Part shown: in pieces, positions 1 through 11,300 of the stretch | How positions within the stretch are numbered: position 1 is the stretch's first letter | Layout: every line of letters begins with the position of its first letter | The notes under the pieces: model-generated | Told to the model about the DNA's origin: nothing | What the model saw: only the letters and a program-made list of their open reading frames with translations | The model's database searches: none | Assembly: GCA_963770895.1 (NCBI GenBank) | Contig: CAVYRF010000002.1 | Coordinates: 2,464,001-2,528,000, forward strand | DNA: 64,000 nt | Source of the DNA: an uncultured Acidobacteriota bacterium | GTDB taxonomy: Bacteria > Acidobacteriota > Thermoanaerobaculia > Multivoradales > UBA5704 | Direction: 5' to 3' | Translations under genes and position numbers: made by a program

Positions 1-1
1 C

Positions 2-169
2 GCCTTCTACTACAACGCCGCCGACCGCTCCCTCACCCAGGCCGAAGTCAACGACCGCCAGCAAACCCTGGCCGCCGCCCTGGCGGCCCGCTTTGCCTGG
101 CATGCCGACGGTAGCGCCCCCCCCAAAGGCCCCGCAGTTGGCGACGTGTACGGAGAACCTTGGCTGTGA
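2..169 (+). CDS. pheT: Phenylalanine-tRNA ligase beta subunit, C-terminal fragment (runs off window start)
   Basis: Manual translation AFYYNAADRSLTQAEVNDRQQTLAAALAARF matches the anticodon-binding domain motif (DRTLTxxEV); TGA at 167-169; pheT commonly lies upstream of zapA-6S-rny. Confidence 0.75.
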   Translation, partial: AFYYNAADRSLTQAEVNDRQQTLAAALAARFAWHADGSAPPKGPAVGDVYGEPWL

Positions 170-292
170 AAGCCGCCGCCCTGGCCGACCGCTTCGCTCG
201 GCACGCTTGAACATCGCCTGAGGCCGGTACGGATTCGACGGGGCAAAACGCCGCGGCCGTGACGCCAGCTGAGGCTGCGGTCTAGGCGGCGC

Positions 293-1360
293 TTACAGGT
301 CGGCGCCGATCGCCTCGCCGACGTGGGCGAACCCGTCGCGGCGCAGCAGAGCCAGCAGCTCGCGGTTGATGCGGCGGGCCAGCGACGGGCCTTCGTAGAT
401 CATCCCCGTATATACCTGGACCAGCGACGCGCCGGCACGCAGGCGGCGGTACGCCTCCGCCCCCGAATCGATGCCGCCGACGCTCATCAGGATGGCCTTT
501 CCCTGCAAGCGGCGCGCGACGGCTGCCGTCACCTCCCGGCTCTTGTCGCGCAGCACCCGGCCGGAGATGCCGCCGCGGTCGCGCGCCCCCGGCAGCACCG
601 CATAGTCGATCGTGGTGTTGGTGGCGATGATGCCGGCGGCCCCCGCCGCCACCGCCGCCGCCGCCAGGTCGGCAGCCCCCTCCGGGCCAAGGTCGGGAGC
701 CAGCTTGACCAGCACCGGCGTCCGCGTCAGCGTCCGCGCCGCCTCCAGCACCTGGCGCACGAAGCCCTCGTTTTGCAGGTCGCGCAGCCCCGGCGTATTG
801 GGCGACGAGATGTTCACCACCAGGTAGTCGGCCAGATCGCCCAGCCGCCCGATCAGCCGCCGGTAGTCGTCGATCGCATCCGCCGGCGCCGTGTCCCGCC
901 CCTTGCCGACGTTGATCCCCAGCGGCGCGCCACCGCCACCACGGCCTTGCCGCCACGCGGCGATGCGGCGCCCCACCGCCTCCATCCCCTGATTGTTGAA
1001 CCCCAGCGCGTTCTGCAAGCTGCGCTGGGCCGGATAGCGGAACAGCCGCGGTCGCGGATTGCCTGCCTGCGCCAAAGCCGTCACCGTGCCCACCTCGACA
1101 AACCCAAACCCCAGCGCCGCCCACCCCTGGATCGCCACGCCGTTCTTGTCGAACCCTGCCGCCAGGCCCACCGGACTGGCAAACCTGCAACCCAACAAGG
1201 TCTGCGCCAAAGCCGCGTCGCGCACCTGGTACCAACGCGACAACATCCCCGCCGCCCCCGGCACCGCCTGGCCCGCCCGCAGCGCCGCCAAGGCAAAATG
1301 ATGCGCCCGCTCGGGATCGCACCGGAATAGCAAGGGACGTAGAAGGGGATACAAGGCCAA
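293..1360 (-). CDS. pyrD: Quinone-dependent dihydroorotate dehydrogenase (class 2)
   Basis: Motifs GLAAGFDKNG, GNPRPRLFR, NALGFNNQG, VNISSPNTPGLR, KLAPDL, ATNTT, GGISG. Confidence 0.97.
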   Translation of the reverse strand: MALYPLLRPLLFRCDPERAHHFALAALRAGQAVPGAAGMLSRWYQVRDAALAQTLLGCRFASPVGLAAGFDKNGVAIQGWAALGFGFVEVGTVTALAQAGNPRPRLFRYPAQRSLQNALGFNNQGMEAVGRRIAAWRQGRGGGGAPLGINVGKGRDTAPADAIDDYRRLIGRLGDLADYLVVNISSPNTPGLRDLQNEGFVRQVLEAARTLTRTPVLVKLAPDLGPEGAADLAAAAVAAGAAGIIATNTTIDYAVLPGARDRGGISGRVLRDKSREVTAAVARRLQGKAILMSVGGIDSGAEAYRRLRAGASLVQVYTGMIYEGPSLARRINRELLALLRRDGFAHVGEAIGADL

Positions 1361-1423
1361 TGTCGGTCCGCCAGGTGCGGCCCCGCGATTCTACAACCAG
1401 GCTGAGCCCCGGCCGCGGGCAAG

Positions 1424-1696
1424 CTACCGGGACAGCAGTTCCTCGCGCAGCACCTGACGCAGCGACTCGACCGTGACCGGCGCCGCATCAGGCGCGATCG
1501 CCGCCCGCAACGCCGAGTTGATGAGCGTCTGATAGCCCTTCCCTTCCCGTTCCGCACGAGCGCGGAAGGCTACCAGCAAGTCTTTGTCGATCAAGATCGT
1601 GATCCGGGTCTTGCCGCTGACCTCCGCCTGCAGCTTGGCCAGGTGAGGCACGTCCTTGGCACGCTTGGCGCCCTGAAAATCATAATCCTTGCGCAT
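1424..1696 (-). CDS. BrnA-family antitoxin
   Basis: MRKDYDF, KTRITILID and GKGYQTLINSALR are typical of BrnA; directly downstream of a BrnT-like gene. Confidence 0.9.
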   Translation of the reverse strand: MRKDYDFQGAKRAKDVPHLAKLQAEVSGKTRITILIDKDLLVAFRARAEREGKGYQTLINSALRAAIAPDAAPVTVESLRQVLREELLSR

Positions 1697-1954
1697 ACTG
1701 GTGCTCCTCTCTTGCCGTGGCTTTACGGGCCGAAATCAGCCGGATCGTCTCTTCCTCACGGAGGTGTAGCAAACAGTCGGCAGCCTCGCTCTTTCGGTCA
1801 TGCCCACCAGCACGTACCGCGGTTCCCCCTGGGAGCCTCCATCCTCGCGCACCAGCACCATTGGATCGAGAAGGCACGCTTCTGCCTCGCCGAGCGAGAC
1901 TCCGTGCTTCTTCAGGTTCGAAGCGGCCTTCTTGGGATCGAACTCGACCCGCAT
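1680..1954 (-). pseudogene. BrnT-family toxin, frameshifted near 1762
   Basis: N-half (FDPKKAASNLKKHGVSL...GEPRYVLVG) in ORF 1736-1954; conserved C-half (EETIRLISARKATAREEHQY) in ORF 1680-1985; one added base restores YTLREEETIRLISAR. Confidence 0.85.
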
Positions 1955-2198
1955 GATCTATGATACATATTTTATCTGTATGCATCCGGCCGCCGCGCTG
2001 CGCGGAGTTGACCCCCGTCTGGCCAGGTCGTGGTCGTAGCCACTCGCCTCCGTCTGCGACCCGCAGCCTGCCCTGTGGCGCCCCTGGCCGCCCTCGGCTG
2101 GCGAGGCTTTGGCCGGGCGCGCTTGTGCTATAGTCCGCGTTTGGCCAAACCCCTGGCAGGACGGAACTTGCTGCCGGGTTGGTCGGAGGAACGCGGAC

Positions 2199-2495
2199 GT
2201 GAAAGCCCTGCCTTCAACCAGCATTGCGGTTGAGATTTACGGCGCGGTGTATCACGTCCGCGCAGGCGAAGACGGCGGGTACCTCCAGGGGCTTGCAGAT
2301 CTCGTAGACCGCAAGATGCGCGAGATCGCCGGCCATGTGCAGGCGGCCGACACGGCCCGCATTGCCATCCTGGCGGCGCTCAATCTGGCGGATGAACTGT
2401 CCCGAATGGAGAAGCGGCAGGCACGGGAAGAGCTGGAGATCAGGGAGAAGCTGGCGGCGCTGACCGAGGAATTGACCGCCGCCTTGCGCGGTTAG
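2199..2495 (+). CDS. zapA: Cell division protein ZapA
   Basis: VEIYGAVY, LADLVDRKMREI, RIAILAALNLADEL; GGAGGA RBS then GTG at 2199. Confidence 0.92.
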   Translation: MKALPSTSIAVEIYGAVYHVRAGEDGGYLQGLADLVDRKMREIAGHVQAADTARIAILAALNLADELSRMEKRQAREELEIREKLAALTEELTAALRG

Positions 2496-2544
2496 GATTG
2501 CGACGGCAGCAGTCGCCAACGCGAGACCAATGGAAACCAGAGTT

Positions 2545-2740
2545 ACATCCCCTGCGCGGTTCGTGGTGGGTACCACGATTGTAGAACCAACATTCAAGCT
2601 GCGGGAGTCTTTTACCCGCGTGGCCCGTGCCAGCCTCGCTCCGATGAGGATGACGAGGACGCTGACGGCTCGTGGAGCGGACACCCACCTGGTGCGTTTC
2701 AGGTTCTAACGCAGGCCCCCACGGGCCGCGCTGGGGATGT
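2545..2740 (+). ncRNA. ssrS: 6S RNA
   Basis: About 195 nt closed by complementary ends (ACATCCCCTGCGCGGTTCGTGG / CCACGGGCCGCGCTGGGGATGT) with an internal AGAACC/GGTTCT stem; classic zapA-6S-rny position. Confidence 0.88.
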
Positions 2741-2828
2741 TGTTTTTGACCCTCTCGCAGCGGCAGGCGATTCTCTCCGATTCCGCCCTGTCCCGCCCTG
2801 CCCACCCGTTCGTTAAGGTGGGGGTATC

Positions 2829-4394
2829 TTGGTGAGCAATCAGATCCTGCTGATCGCGGCCTTTGTGGTGGCCGCGTTGGCACTTCTTGCGTGGTGGATG
2901 GCGCTGCGGCGTGCCGCCCGGCGCGTCACCGCGCAGGCCATGCGCCAGGCCGTCAAGACGGTCGAAGACGCCGAGCGCCAGGGCGAAACCATCCGCCGCG
3001 AAGCGGAGGTGGCGGCGCGGGAAAAGCTGCTGCTGGCCCGCACCGAGCATGAGCAGGCGTCGCGCAAGCGCCGCGCCGAACTCGAAGCGCTCGAACGGCG
3101 CCTCACCCAGAAAGAAGACAACGTCGACAAGCGCTCCGACGAGGCCAGCCGCCGCGAGCGCGACCTCAACCAGACCGAGCGCGCCCTGGCGCAGCGCGAC
3201 AAGGCGCTGGAGCGCAAGGAAGGCGAGCTGGCGGCGATGTTCGAGGCCGAGCGGTCGCGGCTCGAACAGATCGCCGGCCTGACCGCCCAGCAGGCGCGCG
3301 AGGAGCTGATCCGGGCGCTCGAAGACGACGCGCGCATCGAAGCCGCGCACATCGTCAAGCGCATCGAAGACGAAGCGCGCGAACAGGCCAACAAGCAGGC
3401 GCAGCGCATCATCGGCATGGCGGTGCAGCGCTCGGCTTCGGACTACGTTTCGGAAACCACCGTGTCGGTGGTGATGCTGCCCAACGACGAGATGAAGGGT
3501 CGCATCATCGGCCGCGAAGGGCGCAACATCCGCGCCCTGGAGATGGCGACGGGCGTCGACCTGATCGTCGACGACACCCCCGAAGCGGTCATCCTGTCGG
3601 GCTTCGACCCCTTCCGGCGCGAGGTGGCGCGGGTGGCGCTCGAACGGCTCATCGGCGACGGCCGCATCCATCCGGCGCGCATCGAAGAGGTGGTCGAAAA
3701 GGTCAAGGCGGAGTTCGACCAGAAGATCCTGCACGAAGGCGAATCGGCGCTGCTGGAGCTGGCCATCCCCGGCATGCACCCTGAACTGGTCAAGCTCCTG
3801 GGGCGCCTGCGCTACCGCACCTCCTACGGCCAGAACGTGCTGCAGCACAGCAAGGAAGTGGCCTTCCTGGCCGGCACCATGGCCGCCGAGCTGAAGGCCA
3901 ACGTGCCGGTGGCCCGGCGCGCCGGATTGGTGCACGACATCGGCAAGGCGATCGACCGCGAGATGGACGGCACCCACCTGCAGATCGGCATCGACCTGCT
4001 GCGCAAGTTCGGCGAGAGCGAAGACGTGGTGCACGCCATGGCCTGCCACCACGGCGACTACGATCCGCAGACCGTCGAAGCGGTGCTGGTGACCGCCGCC
4101 GACGCGCTCTCGGCGGCGCGCCCCGGCGCCCGCCGCGAGATCCTGGAAACCTACGTCAAGCGGCTCGAAAAGCTCGAAGAGATCGCCTCCGCCTTCAAGG
4201 GGGTGCAAAAGACGTTTGCCATCCAGGCCGGCCGTGAGGTGCGGATCATCGTCGACAGCGGCAAGATCAGCGATGAAGCGTCGCTGTGGCTGTCCAAGGA
4301 CATCGCGCGCAAGATCGAAGCGGAGCTGACCTATCCGGGACAGATCAAGGTCACGGTGATTCGCGAGACCCGCGCCATCGAGTACGCCAAGTGA
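2829..4394 (+). CDS. rny: Ribonuclease Y
   Basis: N-terminal TM, coiled coil, KH ([14 protein letters not shown]), HD (HDIGK), C-terminal [14 protein letters not shown]. Confidence 0.98.
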   Translation: MVSNQILLIAAFVVAALALLAWWMALRRAARRVTAQAMRQAVKTVEDAERQGETIRREAEVAAREKLLLARTEHEQASRKRRAELEALERRLTQKEDNVDKRSDEASRRERDLNQTERALAQRDKALERKEGELAAMFEAERSRLEQIAGLTAQQAREELIRALEDDARIEAAHIVKRIEDEAREQANKQAQRIIGMAVQRSASDYVSETTVSVVMLPNDEMKGRIIGREGRNIRALEMATGVDLIVDDTPEAVILSGFDPFRREVARVALERLIGDGRIHPARIEEVVEKVKAEFDQKILHEGESALLELAIPGMHPELVKLLGRLRYRTSYGQNVLQHSKEVAFLAGTMAAELKANVPVARRAGLVHDIGKAIDREMDGTHLQIGIDLLRKFGESEDVVHAMACHHGDYDPQTVEAVLVTAADALSAARPGARREILETYVKRLEKLEEIASAFKGVQKTFAIQAGREVRIIVDSGKISDEASLWLSKDIARKIEAELTYPGQIKVTVIRETRAIEYAK

Positions 4395-5191
4395 AGCTGC
4401 TCTTTGTCGGCGACGTGATCGGCCGCCCCGGCCGCACGGCGGTCAAAAACCTGCTGCTGCGCCTGGTCGACCGCCATCGCACCGACTATGTGGTGGTCAA
4501 CGTCGAAAACTCGGCGGGCGGCTTCGGCGTCACCCCGGACATCATGGGCGAGCTGGCGGAGCTGCCGATCGACTGCTACACGTCCGGCAATCACATCTGG
4601 GACAAGAAGGAAGGCGTCGAAATCCTCAGCCGCGAGCCGCGCCTGCTGCGCCCCGCCAACTACCCCGAGGGCAACCCCGGCGTCGGGCTCCACGTCGGCG
4701 AAACGGCCGCCGGCATCCCGGTGGCGACGATCAACCTGGAGGGGCGGGTGTTCATGAGCGACCTGGATTCGCCGTTCCGGGTCGCCGACCGGCTGCTTGC
4801 CGATTTGAAACAGCGCCGGCCGGACGTCAAGGTGATCTTTGTCGATTTTCACGCCGAGGCGACCAGCGAAAAGCAGGCGATGGCGTTCTACCTCGACGGC
4901 AGGGTCAGCGCCGTCGTCGGCACCCACACCCATGTGCCCACCGCCGACGAGCGGGTGCTGCCGGCCGGCACCGCCCTGCTCACCGACGTCGGTATGACCG
5001 GTCCTTATGAATCGATCATCGGCATGCGCGTCGACAAGGTACTGAAGCGCTTCCTGCTACAGACCCCGGCGCCCTTCGAAGTGGCCAAGCGCGACGTGCG
5101 GCTGGCCGCCGTGTTGATCGAGATCGACGAGGCGACCGGCAAGGCGCTGGCGATCGAACGCCTGCTGATCCCCGACCCCGCCGCGAGTTGA
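4391..5191 (+). CDS. ymdB: YmdB-family metallophosphoesterase
   Basis: [43 protein letters not shown]; GTG overlaps the rny stop. Confidence 0.95.
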   Translation: MKLLFVGDVIGRPGRTAVKNLLLRLVDRHRTDYVVVNVENSAGGFGVTPDIMGELAELPIDCYTSGNHIWDKKEGVEILSREPRLLRPANYPEGNPGVGLHVGETAAGIPVATINLEGRVFMSDLDSPFRVADRLLADLKQRRPDVKVIFVDFHAEATSEKQAMAFYLDGRVSAVVGTHTHVPTADERVLPAGTALLTDVGMTGPYESIIGMRVDKVLKRFLLQTPAPFEVAKRDVRLAAVLIEIDEATGKALAIERLLIPDPAAS

Positions 5192-5219
5192 AGCCGGGCG
5201 CGCCTGTCGCCTCCCGGCC

Positions 5220-5495
5220 TCACGCCGCGGCGGCGGGCTTGCCGCCGTGCGCAAACCACAGGTTGCGGGCGTAGATCAGCAGACCGCCCGCCTGGCCGAG
5301 CAGGAACACCGGGTCGTGCCGGTGCACCGCGTAGACGGTCAGCACGATGCCGCCGCCCAGGCTCAGGTACCAGAAGGCGCGCGGGACGACGCTCTGCTTC
5401 ACCTTCTCGGACGCGATCCACTGGACGACGAAGCGACCGGCAAAGAGGAGCTGGCCGGCGAATCCGAGGACGAGCCAAATTCGGTCCGGTGCCAA
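5220..5495 (-). CDS. Lipid-A-disaccharide synthase N-terminal (LAB_N) domain membrane protein
   Basis: GFAGQLLFAGRFVVQWIASEK, SVVPRAFWYLS, DPVFLLGQ, IYARNL; GGAGG RBS then TTG at 5495. Confidence 0.88.
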   Translation of the reverse strand: MAPDRIWLVLGFAGQLLFAGRFVVQWIASEKVKQSVVPRAFWYLSLGGGIVLTVYAVHRHDPVFLLGQAGGLLIYARNLWFAHGGKPAAAA

Positions 5496-6259
5496 ACTTC
5501 GACCTCCTCCGCCTGGCGGCGGTCGATCCAGCGGCTTTGCATCCAGCGCACCCCGAACAGGTCGGCCGTGGCGCGAAAGATGCGGTTGCGGATGTTGTAT
5601 TTGGGCGTGCCGAACGCGCGCGGCCGGTGGCGTACGTCGACCTCGGCGATGCGGGCGCCCTCCATGCGCAGCAGGGTGGGCAGGAAGCGGTGCATGCCGT
5701 TCCAGGCGGGGATCCGCCGCAGGTAGTCGGCGCGAAACGCCTTGAGCGTGCAGCCCACGTCGGTGACCGATTCCGCGGTCAGCCGATTGCGCACGGCGTT
5801 GGCGATGCCCGAGGAGATCCGCCGCACCCAGCTGTCGCGGCGGTGCGCCCGCACCCCGCACACCACGTCGCAGTCCTCCAGGCGGGTGAGCAGCAGCGGG
5901 ATGTCGGCCGGGTCGTTCTGCAGGTCGGCGTCCAGGGTGACCACGATGCCGCCGCGGGCGTGCCGGAAGCCGGCGTCCATGGCCGCCGACTGGCCGGCGT
6001 TGCGGGGCTGGCGGACGACGCGCAGGTGGCGGTCCTGGCTGGCCAGGCCGGTCAGCACCGCCAGGCTGGTGTCGGTCGAGCCGTCGTCGACGAACAGCAC
6101 TTCGTAGGGGCGCCCGAGCGGTTCCATGGCGGCGCGGATCTCACCCGCCAGGACAGGCAGGTTGCGTTCCTCGTTGTACACCGGGATCACCAGTGAGATG
6201 TCGGGGCGCAGGGCTGCTGCGGCGTCGGTGGCGCCTGGGGCGCGGTCCCGGTCGGGCAT
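5399..6259 (-). CDS. GT2 polyprenol-phosphate glycosyltransferase (ArnC/DPM1-like)
   Basis: SLVIPVYNE, VDDGSTD, NAGQSAA, TLDADLQNDPADIP, DVGCTLKAFR, GMHRFLP. Confidence 0.93.
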   Translation of the reverse strand: MPDRDRAPGATDAAAALRPDISLVIPVYNEERNLPVLAGEIRAAMEPLGRPYEVLFVDDGSTDTSLAVLTGLASQDRHLRVVRQPRNAGQSAAMDAGFRHARGGIVVTLDADLQNDPADIPLLLTRLEDCDVVCGVRAHRRDSWVRRISSGIANAVRNRLTAESVTDVGCTLKAFRADYLRRIPAWNGMHRFLPTLLRMEGARIAEVDVRHRPRAFGTPKYNIRNRIFRATADLFGVRWMQSRWIDRRQAEEVEVWHRTEFGSSSDSPASSSLPVASSSSGSRPRR

Positions 6260-6336
6260 GAAGGTATCTTAACCCGCGCGCCCGGCCGCTTTGCGGGCCC
6301 TGTGCTATGCTCCGCCCTCGATCAGGAGAGCCTTGC

Positions 6337-6588
6337 ATGGCCGTAGACCCCGAGCTGCTCGAGATTCTCGTCTGTCCCAAGTCGAAAGGGGACCTGGAGC
6401 TGATCGAGCTGCCGCTGGACGTCCGCGGTTCGCTGGCGGAAAAATACCGCGAGCACTTCCCCGACGAGGCGCCGGTCGTCGAGCAGGGGCTGTTCTGTGC
6501 CGTCTCCGGGTTGGTCTACCCGATCGTCTCGGACATACCGATCATGCTGGTCGAAGAGGCCCTCCCCGCCTCCGCCGTCGGGAGATAG
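6337..6588 (+). CDS. Trm112/YcaR-family protein
   Basis: DPELLEILVCPKSKG ... YPIVSDIPIML; AGGAG RBS. Confidence 0.85.
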   Translation: MAVDPELLEILVCPKSKGDLELIELPLDVRGSLAEKYREHFPDEAPVVEQGLFCAVSGLVYPIVSDIPIMLVEEALPASAVGR

Positions 6589-6646
6589 ATGCTCCGGCGC
6601 CGCGGCGCAGTGGCGCCCTTTCCGTAACCTCGGTCTGGTAAAGCCG

Positions 6647-7390
6647 GTGGCCGCGCGCCTCGATCAGCTGTTGGTTGAGCGCGGACTGTTTCCCAGCCGC
6701 GAGCAGGCTCGGCGCGCCGTGATGGCAGGGGTGGTGAGCGTCGACGGGCGCCGCATGGACAAGCCGGGTGCCGCCGTCGCCGCCGCCGCCGATCTGCAGG
6801 TGGCCGCGCGCGAACCGTTCGTGTCGCGCGCCGGCCGCAAGCTGGCCGCGGCGCTCGACCATTTTGCCCTGGACCCCCAAGGCTGGATCTGCCTGGACGT
6901 CGGCGCCTCGACCGGCGGCTTCACCGACTGCCTGCTGCAGCGCGGCGCGGCGCGCGTCTACGCGCTGGACGTCGGCTACGGCCAGCTGGACGCCGGCCTG
7001 CGCGGCGACCCGCGGGTGGTGGTGATGGAGCGCGTCAACGCCCGCCACCTGCCGGCCGGACTGCTGCCGCAGCCCTGCGACCTGATCACCGTCGACGTCT
7101 CCTTCATCTCGCTCGCCAAGGTGGTGCCGGCGCTCGCGCCGCACCTCGCGCCGCACGGCCAGCTGCTGCCGCTGATCAAGCCGCAGTTCGAGGCCGGCCG
7201 CGGTGCCGTCGGCAAGGGCGGCATCCTGCGCGATGAGGTGCTGCGCCGCCAGGTGATCGAGAGTTGCGCCCGCCAGCTGGAAACCGTGGCGGATCTGGAC
7301 CTGTCGCCGCTGGGGGTCTACGACTCGCCGGTGGCGGGCGGCGGCGGCAACCGCGAGGCCTTTGCGCTGCTGCGGCGGAGGGCGGCGTGA
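6647..7390 (+). CDS. tlyA: TlyA-family rRNA 2'-O-methyltransferase
   Basis: S4 domain RLDQLLVERGL, FVSRAGRKL, LDVGASTGGFTD, DVSFISL, LIKPQFE, GNRE; start approximate. Confidence 0.95.
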   Translation: MAARLDQLLVERGLFPSREQARRAVMAGVVSVDGRRMDKPGAAVAAAADLQVAAREPFVSRAGRKLAAALDHFALDPQGWICLDVGASTGGFTDCLLQRGAARVYALDVGYGQLDAGLRGDPRVVVMERVNARHLPAGLLPQPCDLITVDVSFISLAKVVPALAPHLAPHGQLLPLIKPQFEAGRGAVGKGGILRDEVLRRQVIESCARQLETVADLDLSPLGVYDSPVAGGGGNREAFALLRRRAA

Positions 7391-8286
7391 ACCCACCCAT
7401 CCGCCGCGTCGGCATCGTGGCCAAGCGAGGCAGCCAGCCGGCGGTGGCGACCGCCGGCGCCCTGGTGGATTGGCTGGAGCGCCGCGGTCTGGCGGTGTTC
7501 CTGGAAGCCGGCACCCACGCGGCGCTCAACCGCCACGGCGCCGACTTCATCCCCGCCGCCGGCTGCGACCTGGTGGTGGTGCTGGGCGGCGATGGCACCC
7601 TGCTGGCGGTGGCCCGCACGCTCGACCCCGGCGTGCCGATCCTGGGGGTCAACCTGGGCAACCTCGGCTTCCTCACCGAGATCAGCCGCGCCGCCCTGTA
7701 CCCGGCGCTCGAGCAGGTCCTGGCGGGCGACTTCGTCACCGAGGAGCGGTCGCTGTTCGACGTCGAGCGCCGCAGCGCGCCGCCGGCCGCCGGCGACGCG
7801 GTGACGCAGCGTTTCCGGGTGCTCAACGATGCGGTGATCACCAAGAGCGCGCTGTCGCGGATCATCGACCTGACGATCGAAGTGGACGGCCACCTGATCG
7901 CCCGCTACCGCTCCGACGGCCTGATCATCTCGACCCCCACCGGCTCGACGGCGTACAACCTGTCCGCCGGCGGCACCATCGTGCACCCGCTGCTGCCGGT
8001 GGCGGTGCTGACGCCGATCTGTCCGCACGAGCTGTCGCTGCGCCCGATCGTGGTGCCCGGCAGCAGCCGCATCGAGGTGACCCTGGCCACCCAGCCGGAA
8101 GAGGTCTTCCTCACCCTCGACGGCCAGGAGGGGACGGAGCTGGCCTACCGCGACGTGGTGGCGGTCACCCAGAGCGCGGCGTCGGTGCGCCTGGTCAAGG
8201 TCGACGACCGCAGCTTCTACGACAACCTGCGCGAAAAACTGCGTTGGGGAGGGCTCGACCGGTCCGGCGACGGGGGCGCGCCCTGA
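7387..8286 (+). CDS. nadK: NAD kinase
   Basis: LGGDGTLL, GVNLGNLGFL, LNDAVI, DGLIISTPTGSTAYNLSAGG; GTG overlaps the tlyA stop. Confidence 0.96.
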   Translation: MNPPIRRVGIVAKRGSQPAVATAGALVDWLERRGLAVFLEAGTHAALNRHGADFIPAAGCDLVVVLGGDGTLLAVARTLDPGVPILGVNLGNLGFLTEISRAALYPALEQVLAGDFVTEERSLFDVERRSAPPAAGDAVTQRFRVLNDAVITKSALSRIIDLTIEVDGHLIARYRSDGLIISTPTGSTAYNLSAGGTIVHPLLPVAVLTPICPHELSLRPIVVPGSSRIEVTLATQPEEVFLTLDGQEGTELAYRDVVAVTQSAASVRLVKVDDRSFYDNLREKLRWGGLDRSGDGGAP

Positions 8287-8300
8287 GCACGGCGCGGCGT

Positions 8301-11300
8301 GTGCCAGGGCGCCTGCGCCGCTGGGTCGTGCGTCCGGTCGTCTGGCTGCTGCTCGCTGCGATCTCCCTGGTGGCGGCGGTCATCCTGTTTTTCGGCAGCC
8401 GCTACGCCCGCGGCAGCGCTGCCGACCTGCTGCGCGGCGAGCTGTCGGACGCCCTGGGGCGCGAAGTGGCGGTGCGCTCGGTCGACTTCGACCTGTGGAG
8501 CTGGCACCCGGTGTTCGAAGCGCGCGGCCTCGTCATCCCCGGTCCCACCCCGACCGATCCCGCGGTGCTGCGCCTGGCGCTGCTGCGCGCGCGCATTTCG
8601 TGGCGGGCGCTGGCGAAACGCCGCCTCGATCTCGAACAGGTGGACGTGGAACGGCCGCAGATCTATCTGCGTTTCAATCCCGACGGCAGCACCAACCTGC
8701 CGCACCTGCGCCGCGGCCAGGGCAACCAACCGCAACGCGTGGCCATCGCGATCGATCGCCTGCTGGTGGAGAACGGCACGTTTCAATACAACGAGCGGCG
8801 CGGCCGCCTGGACCTGACCGCGCGCGCCATCTGGGCGCGCCTGGGCGAGGGCGAAGACGGTCCGGCGACCGCCGCCCTCCCGGCGGCAAAGCCCGCGCCG
8901 CCGGCGGCCCGCGAAAACCCTGCCCTGGCGTTCCAGCTGACCGCGCAGGACGTGGTTCTGGCGCTGCCCGACGCGGCGCCCTGGCCGCTGACGGTCGCGG
9001 CGCGCGGCAAGATCAGCGGCGGCGACCTGCGCCTGGCCGCGGTCCGCCTGTCGGGTCCCGATCTGCGGCTGCGGGTCGACGGCACCATCTCCTGGCGGGG
9101 GGAGAACGCGATCGACCTGGCCGCCGACGGACGGTTGGCCACCCACTGGCTCAACCGGGTGCACTACCTGGACGAGCCGATCGACGGCACGGCCGCGGTC
9201 GCCGGCCATTTCGCCCTCCAGCACACCGTGTGGGGATACTGGGGCAGGCTCACGGCGCCGCGCATCGGCATCCTGCACCGCGAGTTCCGCGACCTGGTCG
9301 CCGACTTCCGCGGCGACACCGACCGCCTGGCGGTGGACGTGCGCCGCTCCATCTACGCCCAGGGCGAGGTGAGCGGGCCGGTGGTGATCGAAACCGGCGC
9401 CCCGTCAAGCCCGCTGGGCGGCCGCCCGGTGGTGCTCGACCTGGCCATTCGCGGCATGGCCCTGCAACCGTTCCTGGTCGACCTGTTCCCGGACCAGTTC
9501 GCGGGTCCGGCGCCGGACGTCGAGCTGGCGGGCCGGGCCAACGGCCGCCTGCGTTTCCGCTTCCAGAGCTCGCGCTGGCGCACCGGCAGCGGCCAGGCGG
9601 ACCTGCAGGTGGAGGCGGCCCAGGCCGGCATGGCGGGCAGCGAGGGCCTGCGGGTGGCGGGGTCGGTGCCGCTGCAGATGGCGGCCGGCGTGCTCACCGG
9701 CGGCGCGATCCAGGTCACCGCCCCCGGCCAGGAAGGGACGGTCAGCGGCTTCACCTACAACCTGCAAAGCGGCGCCGGGCGCCTGGACTACCGCCTGGTG
9801 TCGCACGACACCGGGGCGCTCGCCGCGCTGTTCCCGCCGGCGCCGCCGCGCCTGCCGACCGCGCACTGGACGGGGCCACCGTTGCGGACGCCCATCTGGC
9901 TGCCGGAAGTCGGCCACGGCACCGCCACCGGCGCCGTCACGATCACGCCCACCGGCTACTCGGCGGGCTTCGACCTCGACCTGCACGGCGTGGTCAGCCA
10001 GAGCCTCGGCGCCGCCGACCGGCTCACCGGCACGCTCACCCTGGAGCCGCAGGCGGTCGAAAACCTGCGCCTGGAAGCGACCGCCGGGGAGGCCGCCCTG
10101 ATGCTCTCCGGGCGCATCCCCTTCGCGCCCAGGCCGGGCGTCGCGCCGGCGACGCCGCTCGACCTGGCGGTGGACGCCGCCGAATGGCCGGCGGCCGGCC
10201 TGATCCCCTACCTGCCGGCCTGGTTCCCGATCCGCGGCCTGGCCGGCGCGGTTTCGGGGCGGGTGGACCTGGGCGGCGACTTCGACCACCTGACCGGCCG
10301 CGCCGATGCCGAGATCGAGGGGCTGGCGCTGGCCGGGATCGCGGTGGGACACGCGCGCGGCGAGCTGTCCTGGGACCCGGCGCGCATCGCCATCGCCGAC
10401 GGCGTGATCGAAAACGCGGCCGGCAAGCTCCTTGCCCACGGCAGCTTCGAGCGGGCGAGCGAGGCTCTGGACCTGACCGTCGACGCGCCCAGCCTGGACC
10501 TGGCGGCGCCGCCGGTGGCGGGGCTGCTGCACGTGCCGGGTCTGGGCGGACACGTCACCGTCATGGCGGTGGTCGGCGGCACCTTCGACAAGCCGCGGGC
10601 GACGGCCAGCGTGCACGCCCTGGGGCTCGGTTACGGCGGCCAGCCGCTCGCCGGCGACGCGGGGGGCGAGGCCCAGGCGTCGGTGACCTGGGACGGCGAG
10701 CTGGTGCGCGCCAGCGGCGCGGTGGGCAATGTCCTCACCTTTGACGGCGGCGGGCGGCTGGACCGCGAACGGGCGGCCCTGCGCCTGGATCTGCGCTCCG
10801 CCAACCTGACCGGCCTGCTGCACCTGGCGGTGCCGGCCGACGTCGGCGGGTCGCTGGCCGGGTCGCTCACCTACGACGCCGACTTCGCGGCCGGCCGCCA
10901 GCGCGGCGAGCTGCGCCTGGACGACCTGCGGCTGGCCTATGCCGGGCGGGTGATCACCAACCGCGAGCCGGTGGTGGTGGACATCTCGCCGCAGCAGCTG
11001 GACCTGCGCTCGGTCTACCTGGGCGAGCCCGGCACCGACCTGGAGCTGTACCTCGCGGGCACCGTCGGGCTGGCGGCGCCGATGCCGCTCAACCTGCGCC
11101 TGCAAAGCACGATCGCGGCGACCTGGCTCAAGCTGGCGCTGCCCGGCCTGGACGCGGCGGGGTCGGTGGACGTCCTGGCGGCGGTGCGCGGCCGCGTCGG
11201 CGATCCCGACCTGTCGGGCCAGGCGGTGCTGCACGAAGCGCGGGTGGTGATTCCCAACCTGGGCACGCTGGACGGGATGGAGGGGACCCTGCGCTTCTAT

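Noticed and set aside
218-250. GGTACGGATTCGACGGGG resembles a tmRNA 5' end
   Set aside because: No tag reading frame, T-arm or CCA end follows, and pyrD ends only about 45 nt downstream.
7362-8300. Apparent 300-aa N-terminal extension of TamB
   Set aside because: It overlaps nadK out of frame; the real protein starts near the TM anchor at about 8300.
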